The position numbers and the translations under genes were made by a program. A stretch of DNA of 64,000 nucleotides, taken from assembly GCA_963838155.1 (NCBI GenBank), contig CAWIQE010000038.1, forward strand, positions 43,498 to 107,497, given 5' to 3'. Below the pieces are notes generated by a model, which ran no database searches, was not told where the DNA came from, and saw only the letters and a list, made by a program, of their open reading frames with translations. This DNA comes from an uncultured Alphaproteobacteria bacterium. GTDB taxonomy: Bacteria > Pseudomonadota > Alphaproteobacteria > Rhizobiales > Rhizobiaceae. Numbering within the stretch: position 1 is the stretch's first letter; every line of letters begins with the position of its first letter. This document shows, piece after piece, positions 31,493 through 40,350 of this stretch.

Positions 31493-32611
31493 TCAGCGTT
31501 CGACGATGATCGTCTCGGCGACCTCGATGCCGAAGCCGGCCAGGCCCACATAGGTGCGCTCGTTGGTGGCGATCTCGGCGATCGATCGCAATCCGAGATC
31601 CCTGAGGATCTGCGCGCCGACGCCCACCTCGCGCCAGCGCCGGCGGCGGGCGACCGCGCTCTGGTGGTGCTCGCCCTCCTCCTGCTCGTTGACCGGCTCG
31701 AACTCGCCGGCGCCCGGGGACCGCAGGAGCATGAGCACGCCGCAGCCCACCTTGGCGATCTCGGTCATGGCGTTCGCCGACCACGAGCGCGGGCTGCCGA
31801 TCGTACCGAAATAGTCGGCGACCGGCTGCTCGCGATGGATGCGCACCGGCACGCGCTCCGCGCCTTCCACGTCGCCGAATATCGCCACGACATGCTGCAT
31901 GGGATCGAAGGGCGTTTCGTAGATCCTGAGCTTTCCGGAGAGCCCCGCGATGGTCACCGGCGCTTCGCCGGCTGCGTGCACGAAGGTCTCGCGCCGCATC
32001 CGGTAGGAGATCAGGTCCTCGATCGAGACGATCTTCAGGCCGTGTTCCGTTGCGAACGCCCGCAGCTCCGTCAGCCGCTTGACGGTGCCGTCGTCGTTGA
32101 CGATCTCGGCGAGGACGCCGACGGGATCCAGCCCGGCGAGCTTGGCGAGGTCCGTCGCCGCTTCCGTGTGGCCGGAACGGACCAGCACCCCGCCCTCGCG
32201 CGAAATCAGCGGGAATATGTGGCCGGGCCGCAGGAAGTCGGAGCCGCTGCAATTGCCGTTGGCCAGCGCCTGCGCGGTGTTGGAGCGTTCCGTGGCCGAG
32301 ATGCCGGTGGTCATGCCGCGCTTGTAGTCGACCGAGACGGTGAAGGCGGTCCGCAGCGGATCGATGTTGTTGGCCACCATCGGCGGCAGGTTCAGCGCCT
32401 CGGCCCGCTCCGAAAGCATGGGCACGCAGATGATGCCGCTCGTGTTGCGGATCATCGTCGCCATCTTCTCAGGCGTCGCCTTCGACGCCGCCATGATCAG
32501 GTCGCCCTCGTTCTCCCGGTCGAGATCGTCGACGACGACCACCAGTTCGCCTGCGGCGATCGCCGCTATCGCTTCCTCGATCGTGTCGAGCTTCACGTCG
32601 CTGAGTTCCAT
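31493..32611 (-). CDS. ribB: 3,4-dihydroxy-2-butanone-4-phosphate synthase fused to a degenerate GTP cyclohydrolase II-like domain (RibBX-type)
   Basis: N-domain VVVVDDLDRENEGDLIMAA...GHTEAATDLAKLAG is a canonical RibB. In the C-domain, RIHREQ stands where RibA has VHSEC and GSPRS where RibA has CDCG, so the zinc-ligand cysteines are absent. Confidence 0.88.
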   Translation of the reverse strand: MELSDVKLDTIEEAIAAIAAGELVVVVDDLDRENEGDLIMAASKATPEKMATMIRNTSGIICVPMLSERAEALNLPPMVANNIDPLRTAFTVSVDYKRGMTTGISATERSNTAQALANGNCSGSDFLRPGHIFPLISREGGVLVRSGHTEAATDLAKLAGLDPVGVLAEIVNDDGTVKRLTELRAFATEHGLKIVSIEDLISYRMRRETFVHAAGEAPVTIAGLSGKLRIYETPFDPMQHVVAIFGDVEGAERVPVRIHREQPVADYFGTIGSPRSWSANAMTEIAKVGCGVLMLLRSPGAGEFEPVNEQEEGEHHQSAVARRRRWREVGVGAQILRDLGLRSIAEIATNERTYVGLAGFGIEVAETIIVER

Positions 32612-32646
32612 CGCTGAAGGGATCCCTCTTTCTGTCCGGCCCTATT

Positions 32647-32696
32647 TAAAGCGCCCCAGGAGAAGAGGAAACCGGTTTTCCGTCCGGAAGCGAAGC
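32647..32696. repeat. intergenic hairpin repeat, locus R3 (single core unit)
   Basis: TTAAAGCGCCCCAGGAGAAGAGGAAACCGGTTTTCCGTCCGGAAGCGAAGC, between the dctM stop and the ribB start. Confidence 0.7.
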
Positions 32697-32713
32697 TTTC
32701 CCCGGCGCATCCC

Positions 32714-34003
32714 TCATTGTACCGCGGACGGAAGATAAAGCGCGATCTGGGGAAAGATCATCACCAGGGCGAGCCCGATCAGCCCCATCAGCGCGTAAGG
32801 CAGGGACCCCGCGAGAACCTCGCTGATCGCGTAGTCGTCGCGAAGCGACTGGACGACGAAGAGGTTCATGCCCACCGGCGGCGTCACCGCGCCGATCTCC
32901 ATGTTGATGACGAGGATGACGCCGAACCAGACGAGGTCGATGTTCAGCGCCTGGAGCGCCGGCAGGAGGATCGGCACCGTCACGAGGATCGCCGCGGAGG
33001 CATCCATGAACATGCCGAGGATCAGGTACAGCACGTTGACGGCGATCAGGAACTGCCACGGCACGAGGTTGAGGCCGTCGAGCCACGACGCCAGGTCCTG
33101 CGGCACCTGGAGCAGCGACAGCGTGTTTCCGAAGACCCCCGCCCCCACGATCAGCATCAGGATCATGGCGCTGGTCACCACGCTGTCGCGCGCCGCCCGC
33201 CAGAACAGCCGGAGCGACAGCGTGCGCGCCACGAACGCCGTGAAGACCAGCGCGTAGGTGACGCCCACGGCGGCGGCTTCCGTCGGCGTGAAGTAGCCGA
33301 GATAGATGCCCCCGAGCACGATGAGGATCATCGCGAGGCTGCCGAAGGTGCGCCACTCGATGTTCACGTTCTCGCCGCCGCCGGAGGGAGTGGCGAGGCC
33401 GAGCCGCTTCTCCCTGATGCTCTGCAGCACCGTGTAGATCGCGAAGAGCAGCGCCAGCATGATGCCCGGCACGATGCCGGCCATGAACAGCTTGCCCACC
33501 GAGGCGTTCGTCACCAGCGAGTAGAGGATGAAGGAGATGCTCGGCGGGATCAGGATGCCGAGGCTGCCGGCAACCGCCACGGAGCCGGCGGTCATCTTGC
33601 GGCTGTAGCCGCGCTCGAGCATCTCGGGAATGCTGATCGAGCCGATGGTCGCGACCGTCGCCGTCGACGACCCCGAGATGGCGGCGAAGATGGCGCAGGC
33701 GAAGATCGCCGCGACCGCGAGCCCGCCAGGCAGGCGCCCGACGAACCGCTGCGCGAAATCGAAGAGGTCGCGCCCGCTGCCGCCCTTCAGCATCAGCTGG
33801 CCCATGAAGACGTAGAGCGGAATGGCGCTGATCACGAAGGAATTGATGTCGCCGAAGGCGATCTGCGCGAGCGCCGTCAGGCCGGGCATCACGTCGATCG
33901 TCAGCATGTAGCCGACCAGCCCGCTGATCATCAGCGCGACGGCGATCGGCGCGCCGAGAACCAGCAGCAGGAAAAGCGCCGCGACGGTCGCGATGAAGAT
34001 CAC
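32714..34003 (-). CDS. dctM: TRAP transporter large permease subunit
   Basis: 429 aa polytopic. GTG 34003 after GGAGG. Typical DctM N-terminus IFIATVAALFLLLVLGAPIAVALM. Confidence 0.92.
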   Translation of the reverse strand: MIFIATVAALFLLLVLGAPIAVALMISGLVGYMLTIDVMPGLTALAQIAFGDINSFVISAIPLYVFMGQLMLKGGSGRDLFDFAQRFVGRLPGGLAVAAIFACAIFAAISGSSTATVATIGSISIPEMLERGYSRKMTAGSVAVAGSLGILIPPSISFILYSLVTNASVGKLFMAGIVPGIMLALLFAIYTVLQSIREKRLGLATPSGGGENVNIEWRTFGSLAMILIVLGGIYLGYFTPTEAAAVGVTYALVFTAFVARTLSLRLFWRAARDSVVTSAMILMLIVGAGVFGNTLSLLQVPQDLASWLDGLNLVPWQFLIAVNVLYLILGMFMDASAAILVTVPILLPALQALNIDLVWFGVILVINMEIGAVTPPVGMNLFVVQSLRDDYAISEVLAGSLPYALMGLIGLALVMIFPQIALYLPSAVQ

Positions 34004-34034
34004 GCTTTCGCCTCCGTGGATGGGCGGCCGGACG

Positions 34035-34577
34035 TCATTCGTGGCCGCCGGAGTTCGGACGCAGGATCGATTTCGAGATCTCGGCGATGGCCCAGAAGAC
34101 CGTGCCCACCGGCAAGGCGGCCTTCGCCACCCAGACCGGCCACTGGACGACGTCGATCGTCTTCTCGTGGGTCTGGTAGCTGGTCGCGAGGTCCCACCAG
34201 CCGGACAGGGTGAAGAGCACCAGGAAGCCGATGACGACGACGACGCGCAGCCACCGGAAGACGGTGCGCCCGCGGCCCGCCACCATGCGCTCCAGCGCGA
34301 TGCCCGAGGTGACGTGCCGGTCGTGGCGCGCCGTCAGCACGGCCCCGGCGAAGGCGACCCAGGCGAGGCTGAAGAGGTCGAAATCGTAGGTCCAGGAATT
34401 GTCGATCCCCACCCAGCGCAGGACGATCCCGAGAACGAGCCCGAGCGTCAGGCAAAGCAGCGCGATCGCGGCGAAATGCCCGACCGCGTCGGCCGCGAAG
34501 TCGCCCGCGCGCGCAATGCTGTGTATGGGGCCGGGGATGGGGCCGCCGCGCGGGCGGCCCTCTCCGTCCATGGACAC
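34035..34577 (-). CDS. dctQ: TRAP transporter small permease subunit
   Basis: 180 aa with 4 TM segments, between dctP and dctM. GTG 34577 directly after the dctP stop; alternative ATG at 34571. Confidence 0.85.
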   Translation of the reverse strand: MSMDGEGRPRGGPIPGPIHSIARAGDFAADAVGHFAAIALLCLTLGLVLGIVLRWVGIDNSWTYDFDLFSLAWVAFAGAVLTARHDRHVTSGIALERMVAGRGRTVFRWLRVVVVIGFLVLFTLSGWWDLATSYQTHEKTIDVVQWPVWVAKAALPVGTVFWAIAEISKSILRPNSGGHE

Positions 34578-35618
34578 TTACTGGCCCGCCTTGTCGCCGA
34601 CCGACTTGCCCATCGCGTCGTTGATGTCGCCGACCAGCATCTTGCCGTCGGCGCCCGCCTGCTTGAGGTAGGTGTTGACGGCCGCCTGGTAGGTGGCGTC
34701 CTTCCATTTCGCGAGGTCGGCGTCGGTCGGCCGGTAGACCTTGTCGCCCGCCTTCTCCGCGACGGAGATGTCGTCCTTGAATTCCTTCTCTATCGCGTCG
34801 ACGGCGGCGCCCTCGGTGTCGGCGACGGCCTTGCTGATGGTCTTGCGCTGGTCGTCGGTCAGCCCCTTCCACCAGGACAGGTTGACCTGCACGGGATAGA
34901 CCAGCGGCACGTAGTGGATCGCCGTGATGTTCTTGCCGACCTCGTACCACTTGCGCGAAACGATCGACGACAGGCCGGAGGCGGCTCCGTCGAGCGTGCC
35001 GCGCTGGAGCGCCGTGTAGACCTCGCTCGAATCGACGGCCACGGGCACGGCGCCCTGCTTCTTGAGGAAGTCCGCGTTCAGGCTACCCTCGGAGCGCATC
35101 TTCAGGCCGCTGAGGTCCGACGGCACCTTGATCGGATGCTTGGTGTTCACGTAGCTCTCGGCATAGCCGTAGAAGCCCCAGCCGATGATCTCGACGTTGT
35201 GCCGGTTCAGGATCGTGTTGATGTCCTTGCCGAGCTTGCCGTGAAGGGCGTCGAGAAGCTTGCCCGCATCGCTGGCGAGGAAGGGAATCGTGTCCCATTC
35301 GAGCGCCGGCTCCTGGCTCGACCACCAGTGCATCGCCATGATGCCCAGGCTCGCCGTGTTGTTGGCGAGCGCCTGGGCCATGGTCGATTCCTTGGCCAGC
35401 GACCCGGACGGATAGGTCTTGACCTCGATTTTGCCGTCGCTGTCCTTCTTGATGTTCTCGGCGATCGCCTGGGCCTGGTCCGCGGTCGCAGTATGGGGCG
35501 GCATGTACCATGCGAAGCGCACGGTCAGGTCGGCGGCCTGCGCCGATGTCGCGAGCGCGGTGCCGGACAGGAGCAGGGCTGCGGCGAGCCCCGTCGCGAT
35601 TGTTCTGGGTGATGTCAT
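34578..35618 (-). CDS. dctP: TRAP transporter substrate-binding protein
   Basis: ATG 35618 after GGAGGAATGAAGA. Signal peptide ...ALATSAQAADL. 346 aa, DctP-family length and layout. Confidence 0.9.
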   Translation of the reverse strand: MTSPRTIATGLAAALLLSGTALATSAQAADLTVRFAWYMPPHTATADQAQAIAENIKKDSDGKIEVKTYPSGSLAKESTMAQALANNTASLGIMAMHWWSSQEPALEWDTIPFLASDAGKLLDALHGKLGKDINTILNRHNVEIIGWGFYGYAESYVNTKHPIKVPSDLSGLKMRSEGSLNADFLKKQGAVPVAVDSSEVYTALQRGTLDGAASGLSSIVSRKWYEVGKNITAIHYVPLVYPVQVNLSWWKGLTDDQRKTISKAVADTEGAAVDAIEKEFKDDISVAEKAGDKVYRPTDADLAKWKDATYQAAVNTYLKQAGADGKMLVGDINDAMGKSVGDKAGQ

Positions 35619-35705
35619 TCTTCATTCCTCCGATTTTCTTTTTCCCGATGCGGCGAATGCATCGGCCGTTCCCCCCGAAAGCGCGTCGGCGCGCGACACT
35701 CGATT

Positions 35706-35725
35706 TTGCGTACAGCAGTATGCAA
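35706..35725. promoter_or_regulatory. candidate GntR operator (site 1), upstream of dctP
   Basis: TTGCGTACAGCAGTATGCAA, 8 of 10 palindromic. It shares the core TACAGCAGT(A/G)TGCAA with 36700-36719. Confidence 0.5.
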
Positions 35726-35850
35726 GCCAAGTAAACCGGCGCGCCCCAGCCTCGGCCGCAGCCCCCTGCGGCAGGGCGGGTCTCATATGCCTTTAGTCGG
35801 CTCGAAGGCCGCGCAGCGCCGATTTCCAGAGGGGTGCGACGAAATGACCG

Positions 35851-35958
35851 TTAGAGCGCTTCCAGGAAAAGTGGAACCCGGTTTTCCGTCCGGAAGCGCG
35901 TAGAGACAAAGAGACGGAGCGTGTCCGCGATTCCGTGAAGCGCGGACATGGTCTAACG
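35851..35958. repeat. intergenic hairpin repeat, locus R4 (core module plus second hairpin module)
   Basis: TTAGAGCGCTTCCAGGAAAAGTGGAACCCGGTTTTCCGTCCGGAAGCGCG...GAGCGTGTCCGCGATTCCGTGAAGCGCGGACATGGTC. Collinear with 17268-17371. Its end overlaps the GntR stop codon. Confidence 0.75.
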
Positions 35959-36624
35959 GATTGTCTCGAAAAGCATCGCGAGCCGGGCGTCGCGCGCCTC
36001 TTCGATATGCGCCCGGGCCGCCCGTTCGGCCTCGTCCGGCCGGCGCCTGCGGATCCCCTCCAGGATGCGCCCGTGCTCGACCTTGGCCGCGTCCGAACGG
36101 CCGGGATGCGAAAAGGTCGTGTCGGGCAACAGCGCGAGCGAGTCGTGCAGTTCCTCCAGCATCCGCGAGAGATAGCGGTTGTGCGCGGCGGCGAGAATGG
36201 CGTCGTGGAAGCGCCGGTTCATCCGGGCGAACGCGTCCGCCCCGCCCTCCAGCGCTTGGAAGCGCCCGCAGAGGAGGTCCAGTTCCGCAAGGTCGTGCTG
36301 CGTGGCGTTCTCGGCGGCGAACCGGGCCGACGCCCCCTCCAGCACGGCGCGGAGCGCGTAGAGCTCCATGATCTGCGCGCGGCTGAATTCCGCCAGGGAG
36401 AGACCGTTCTGGGACGAGACGACGAGGCCGCGCGCCTGCAGCCGGGTCAGCGCCTCGCGCACCGGCGTGCGGCTGACCCCGAGCATCTCGGCGACTTCTT
36501 CCTCCCGGATGCGCGTCCCCGGTTTGAGCTCCCGCGACCGGATGCGCTCCATCAGCGCCTCGTAGACCTTGCTTCCGCGGGACTCCGTCCCGCGCCCGCG
36601 TCCCGCCGATTCCGATTTCGCCAA
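35953..36624 (-). CDS. GntR family transcriptional regulator (FCD subfamily)
   Basis: VYEALMERIRSRELKPGTRIREEEVAEMLGVSRTPVREALTRLQARGLV plus an FCD domain. Start uncertain: TTG 36624 (GGAGAGG upstream) or TTG 36672. Confidence 0.8.
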   Translation of the reverse strand: MAKSESAGRGRGTESRGSKVYEALMERIRSRELKPGTRIREEEVAEMLGVSRTPVREALTRLQARGLVVSSQNGLSLAEFSRAQIMELYALRAVLEGASARFAAENATQHDLAELDLLCGRFQALEGGADAFARMNRRFHDAILAAAHNRYLSRMLEELHDSLALLPDTTFSHPGRSDAAKVEHGRILEGIRRRRPDEAERAARAHIEEARDARLAMLFETIR

Positions 36625-36699
36625 CCGCCTCTCCCCTGGCCAGAGCCTCGATGGGATTGCCTTTATCGGCAAAACCGTGATAGCAGCAAATCGTCATCG

Positions 36700-36719
36700 C
36701 TGTATACAGCAGTGTGCAA
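36700..36719. promoter_or_regulatory. candidate GntR operator (site 2), in the GntR/tcuB divergent region
   Basis: CTGTATACAGCAGTGTGCAA; same core as site 1. Confidence 0.45.
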
Positions 36720-36797
36720 AAAGCTCCGGTGGCCCCGGGGCGTCGGGCCGCCGCGCCCGACTGGACATCCCGGCCCGGACCGGGCCGAAGGAGCCGC

Positions 36798-37910
36798 ATG
36801 ACCGAGCACGCAACCGACGTCCTGGCGGAAGCCGATCGCCTGATGACCGTGTGCAACGCGTGCCGCTACTGCGAGGGACTGTGCGCCGTCTTCCCCGCGA
36901 TGGAGCTGCGGCGCTCGTTCTCCGACGGCGACCTGAACTACCTGGCCAATCTCTGTCACAATTGCGGCGCCTGCTACGTGGATTGCCAGTTCTCGCCGCC
37001 GCACGAATTCGACGTCAACGTGCCGCGGACCTTCGCACGGGTGCGGGCGGAGAGCTACCGCCGCTATGCGCGCCCCGCCGCCCTCGGGTTCCTCTTCGAG
37101 CGCAACGGCCTCGCCGTCTCGGTGCTGGGGGCCTCGGGCATCGCCGCCTTCCTCCTCGGTTTCGTTGCCATCGACGGCCCCTCGGCGATCGTCGCGGGCA
37201 CGGGCCGCTTCTATGCCCTGATGCCGCACGCGGCGATGGCCTGGCTCTTCGGCCTCGTCTCGCTCGCCGTGATCGCCGCGATCGCCGCAAGCCTCGGCGC
37301 GTTCTGGCGCGAAGTCGGTGCGGGCGGCAGCGGCGCGGCCACGCCCGCCTCCCTCGCCCGCGCGGTGGCCGACGCCGCCACGCTGCGCTACCTCGACGGC
37401 GGCGGCGTCGGCTGCCACAACGAAGGCGAACGGCCCTCCGACACCCGAAGGATAAGCCACCACCTCACCTTCTACGGCTTCCTGCTCTGCTTCGCCGCGA
37501 CGGCGACCGCGACCCTCTACCACTATGCCTTCGACCTGCCCGCGCCCTATGCCTGGTACCAGTTGCCCAAGCTGTTCGGCATACCCGGCGGCCTCGCCAT
37601 CCTCGCCGGCACCGCCGGCCTGATGCGCGAGAAGGCGCGCCGCGACCGGGCGATGGTCGACGGCCGCAGCGTCGGAATGGACGTCGCCTTCCTGCTGATG
37701 CTCTTCCTGACGGCCGCCACGGGGCTTCTGCTGATGGTCCTGCGCGGCTCGCCCGCCATGGGATCGCTGCTCGCCCTGCACCTCGGCATCGTGCTGGCGC
37801 TGTTCCTCACCGTACCCTACGGAAAGTTCGTGCACGCCTTCCTCCGCCTCGCCGCGCTGGTCGTCCACGCCCACGAACGGCGCCGCGGCGCGCGGCTGGG
37901 CGAAGGCTGA
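36798..37910 (+). CDS. tcuB: tricarballylate utilization 4Fe-4S membrane protein TcuB-like
   Basis: ATG 36798 after GAAGGAG. Two Cys clusters CNACRYCEGLC and CHNCGACYVDC, followed by about 6 TM segments, as in TcuB. Confidence 0.8.
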   Translation: MTEHATDVLAEADRLMTVCNACRYCEGLCAVFPAMELRRSFSDGDLNYLANLCHNCGACYVDCQFSPPHEFDVNVPRTFARVRAESYRRYARPAALGFLFERNGLAVSVLGASGIAAFLLGFVAIDGPSAIVAGTGRFYALMPHAAMAWLFGLVSLAVIAAIAASLGAFWREVGAGGSGAATPASLARAVADAATLRYLDGGGVGCHNEGERPSDTRRISHHLTFYGFLLCFAATATATLYHYAFDLPAPYAWYQLPKLFGIPGGLAILAGTAGLMREKARRDRAMVDGRSVGMDVAFLLMLFLTAATGLLLMVLRGSPAMGSLLALHLGIVLALFLTVPYGKFVHAFLRLAALVVHAHERRRGARLGEG

Positions 37911-37920
37911 CGGCGCGCCC

Positions 37921-38457
37921 TCAGCCCTGGGAGACTGCGGCGGTCGCCGCGGCCAGCACGTCCTCCGGCGGGGCGTCGATGTCGACCGTGACGGCGTCCT
38001 CGTCCGGCGTGGGTTCCTGAAGCGTGTCGAGCTGGCTCTCGAGGAGAGAGACCGGCATGAAATGCCCGGGGCGCGCCGACAGCCGGCCCGCGAGCACGGA
38101 CTTCTCGCCCTTGAGGAAGACGAAGCGCAGCCGCACCCCGGCCTTTTCCCGCAGATAGTCGCGATAGGCCTTCTTGAGCGCGGAACAGGCCGCCACCGAA
38201 GCGCCATGGGCCTGGTAGCCCGCCGCGAGCTCGGCCGCCACCCGCGAAAGCCACGGCCACCGGTCCTCGTCGGTGAGCGGGATGCCCTTGCTCATCTTGG
38301 CGACGTTGGCCTCTCCGTGGAGCGCGTCGCCCTCGATGAAGGGGACGTCCAGCGCCTGCGCCAGCCCCTGTCCGATCAGCGACTTGCCGGAGCCGCTGAC
38401 CCCCATGACCACGATCGCGCCGATGTCAGATGGATGCCGTGATGCCGCCGTCGACAT
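37921..38457 (-). CDS. gntK: gluconokinase (GntK/IdnK family)
   Basis: VVMGVSGSGKSLIG P-loop, FIEGDALH and SALKKAYRD motifs. 178 aa. ATG 38457 overlaps the upstream SDR by 32 nt, so the true start may be further downstream. Confidence 0.82.
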   Translation of the reverse strand: MSTAASRHPSDIGAIVVMGVSGSGKSLIGQGLAQALDVPFIEGDALHGEANVAKMSKGIPLTDEDRWPWLSRVAAELAAGYQAHGASVAACSALKKAYRDYLREKAGVRLRFVFLKGEKSVLAGRLSARPGHFMPVSLLESQLDTLQEPTPDEDAVTVDIDAPPEDVLAAATAAVSQG

Positions 38458-39193
38458 AGAGTACCTGTCCGTTGACGAATGACGATGCCGGCCCGGCGAG
38501 GAAGACCGCCGCGCCGACGAGTTCCTCGACGTCGCCCCAGCGTCCCGCCGGCGTCCGCTTCGCGAGCCACTCGGAAAACGCCTCGTTCTCCACCAGCGCC
38601 GCGTTGAGCGGCGTCTTGAAATAGCCGGGCGCGATGGCGTTGACCTGGAGCCCGTGCCGCGCCCAGTCCGTCGCCATGCCGCGCGTGAGGTTCCTCACCG
38701 CGCCCTTCGACATGGTGTAGGGCGCGATCGACGGGCGGGCGAGCTCGCTCTGGACGGACGCGATGTTGACGATCTTGCCGGCGCCGCGCGCGATCATCCG
38801 CCGCCCGACCGCCTGGCCGACATTGAAGACGCTCGTCACGTTGACCCGCAGGATCTCGTCCCACTTGTCGGGCGGGAACTCCTCCAGGGGAGCCCGGAAC
38901 TGCATGCCGGCATTGTTGACGAGGATGTCGATCGGCCCGTCGTCGCGCTCGATCGCCTCGACCGCCGCGTCCACGGCGGCGCGGTCGGTCACGTCGAAGC
39001 AACGTCCGCTTGCGGCGTGTCCCGCGTTCCGCAGCGCCGCCACGGCCTGGTCGACCGGTCCGGCCCTGCGGCCGTTGACGACGATTTCGGCGCCGTGCTC
39101 GGCGAGGCCGCGCGCGAGCGCCAGTCCAATTCCCTGGCTGGATCCGGTGACGAGCGCCCGGCGTCCCGTCAGGTCGAAGAGAGGAGATGTCAT
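38426..39193 (-). CDS. SDR oxidoreductase, gluconate 5-dehydrogenase-like
   Basis: ALVTGSSQGIGLALA, NNAG, YTMSKGAV and FVNGQVLYVDGG. 255 aa. Confidence 0.85.
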   Translation of the reverse strand: MTSPLFDLTGRRALVTGSSQGIGLALARGLAEHGAEIVVNGRRAGPVDQAVAALRNAGHAASGRCFDVTDRAAVDAAVEAIERDDGPIDILVNNAGMQFRAPLEEFPPDKWDEILRVNVTSVFNVGQAVGRRMIARGAGKIVNIASVQSELARPSIAPYTMSKGAVRNLTRGMATDWARHGLQVNAIAPGYFKTPLNAALVENEAFSEWLAKRTPAGRWGDVEELVGAAVFLAGPASSFVNGQVLYVDGGITASI

Positions 39194-39285
39194 CCCCGGC
39201 TTATGGCCCTTAATCGGTCTCCACGCAAGCCGGCCTCCCCTCGCGGAAGGATGTCCGGGAGCCCGTCGGGCGGTCCGCGGGCCTC

Positions 39286-39320
39286 CGAAAAAAAGGAGCG
39301 GCCCCCGGCGGGGGCCGCTC
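39286..39320 (-). terminator. rho-independent terminator after the polyol ABC importer operon
   Basis: Minus strand: GAGCGGCCCCC-GCC-GGGGGCCGCTC (11-bp stem) followed by CTTTTTTT. About 40 nt after the SBP stop. Confidence 0.85.
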
Positions 39321-39359
39321 TTCCGGGTCGCTACCTCGACCCGTGTCCGTCCGGGCCGG

Positions 39360-40316
39360 TCACTCCGAAAGCGTGAAGGGACCGGTGTACTTGTCGACGT
39401 TGTCCTTGGTGATGAGCAGGCAGTTGAACAGCTGCTTCTCGGCGGAGGCTCCGGTCTTGCCGTTCTCGATGAAGGAATCGGCCTCCTCGACCGCCTTCTT
39501 GGAGAAGACGGCGACGGGCTGCAGGACGGTGTACTGCAGCTCGCCGGACTTGATCGCGTCGACCGCCGCAGGCGAACCGTCGAAGCCGCCGACCTTGATG
39601 TCCTTGAGCTTGCCGGCTTCCTTGAGCGCCGAGATCGCGCCGAGCGCCATCTCGTCGTTGCCGCTGATGACGCCGATGATGTCCGGATGCGCCTGCAGCA
39701 TGCCCTGCATCTTGTCGTGGCCCTGCGTGCGGTCCCAGTTGGCGACCTGCGAGGCGACCTTCTTCAGGTCCGGATACTGGCTGAGCACCGTCTCGTAGCC
39801 GTTGGAGCGGGTGGCCGCGTTGTTGTCGGAAGGCGCACCGACGAGCTCGACGTAGTTGCCCTTCTCGCCGACGTCCTTCACCCACTGCTGGGCTCCGAGC
39901 GCGGCGCCCTGGGCGTTGTTCGAGACGAGCTGCGCCTTGGCGAGACCCTCCTGGTTGATCTCGGCGTTGACCAGGAACACCGGGATGTTCGCGGCGACCG
40001 CCTTCTTCACGGCGCCGACCGACCCGTCGGCGTTCGCCGGGTCGAGGATGATCGCCTTGGAGTGGTTGGTGATGGCCGTGTCGACCAGGCGGCTCTCCGT
40101 GTTGGTGTCGCCCTTGTGGGCGCTGACATTGGCCGTGTAGCCGAGCTTCTTGGCCTCCGCCGCCGCGACGTCGCCTTCCGTTTTCCAGTAGGGGTTGGAC
40201 GGATCGTTGACGATGATCGATATGAGGCCCTTGTCGGCCGAAAAGGCCGGCGTGGCGAGACCGACGGCCGCCGTGGCGACGGCTGCCAGTCCCATGACTG
40301 CGATCCTGCTGAACAT
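39360..40316 (-). CDS. sugar/polyol ABC transporter substrate-binding protein (RbsB-like; EryG-like by context)
   Basis: ATG 40316 after GGGAGAG. Signal peptide ...GLATPAFSADKG. Periplasmic-binding-protein type I fold sequence. 318 aa. Confidence 0.88.
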   Translation of the reverse strand: MFSRIAVMGLAAVATAAVGLATPAFSADKGLISIIVNDPSNPYWKTEGDVAAAEAKKLGYTANVSAHKGDTNTESRLVDTAITNHSKAIILDPANADGSVGAVKKAVAANIPVFLVNAEINQEGLAKAQLVSNNAQGAALGAQQWVKDVGEKGNYVELVGAPSDNNAATRSNGYETVLSQYPDLKKVASQVANWDRTQGHDKMQGMLQAHPDIIGVISGNDEMALGAISALKEAGKLKDIKVGGFDGSPAAVDAIKSGELQYTVLQPVAVFSKKAVEEADSFIENGKTGASAEKQLFNCLLITKDNVDKYTGPFTLSE

Positions 40317-40350
40317 TTTTTTCTCTCCCTTTGCTCTCTGTTGATGCCGG

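Noticed and set aside
32612-32713. FMN (RFN) riboswitch upstream of the ribB-type gene
   Set aside because: The leader is only 102 nt and lacks the conserved RFN core blocks. About half of it is a copy of the hairpin repeat family. An Rfam scan would still be the decisive test.
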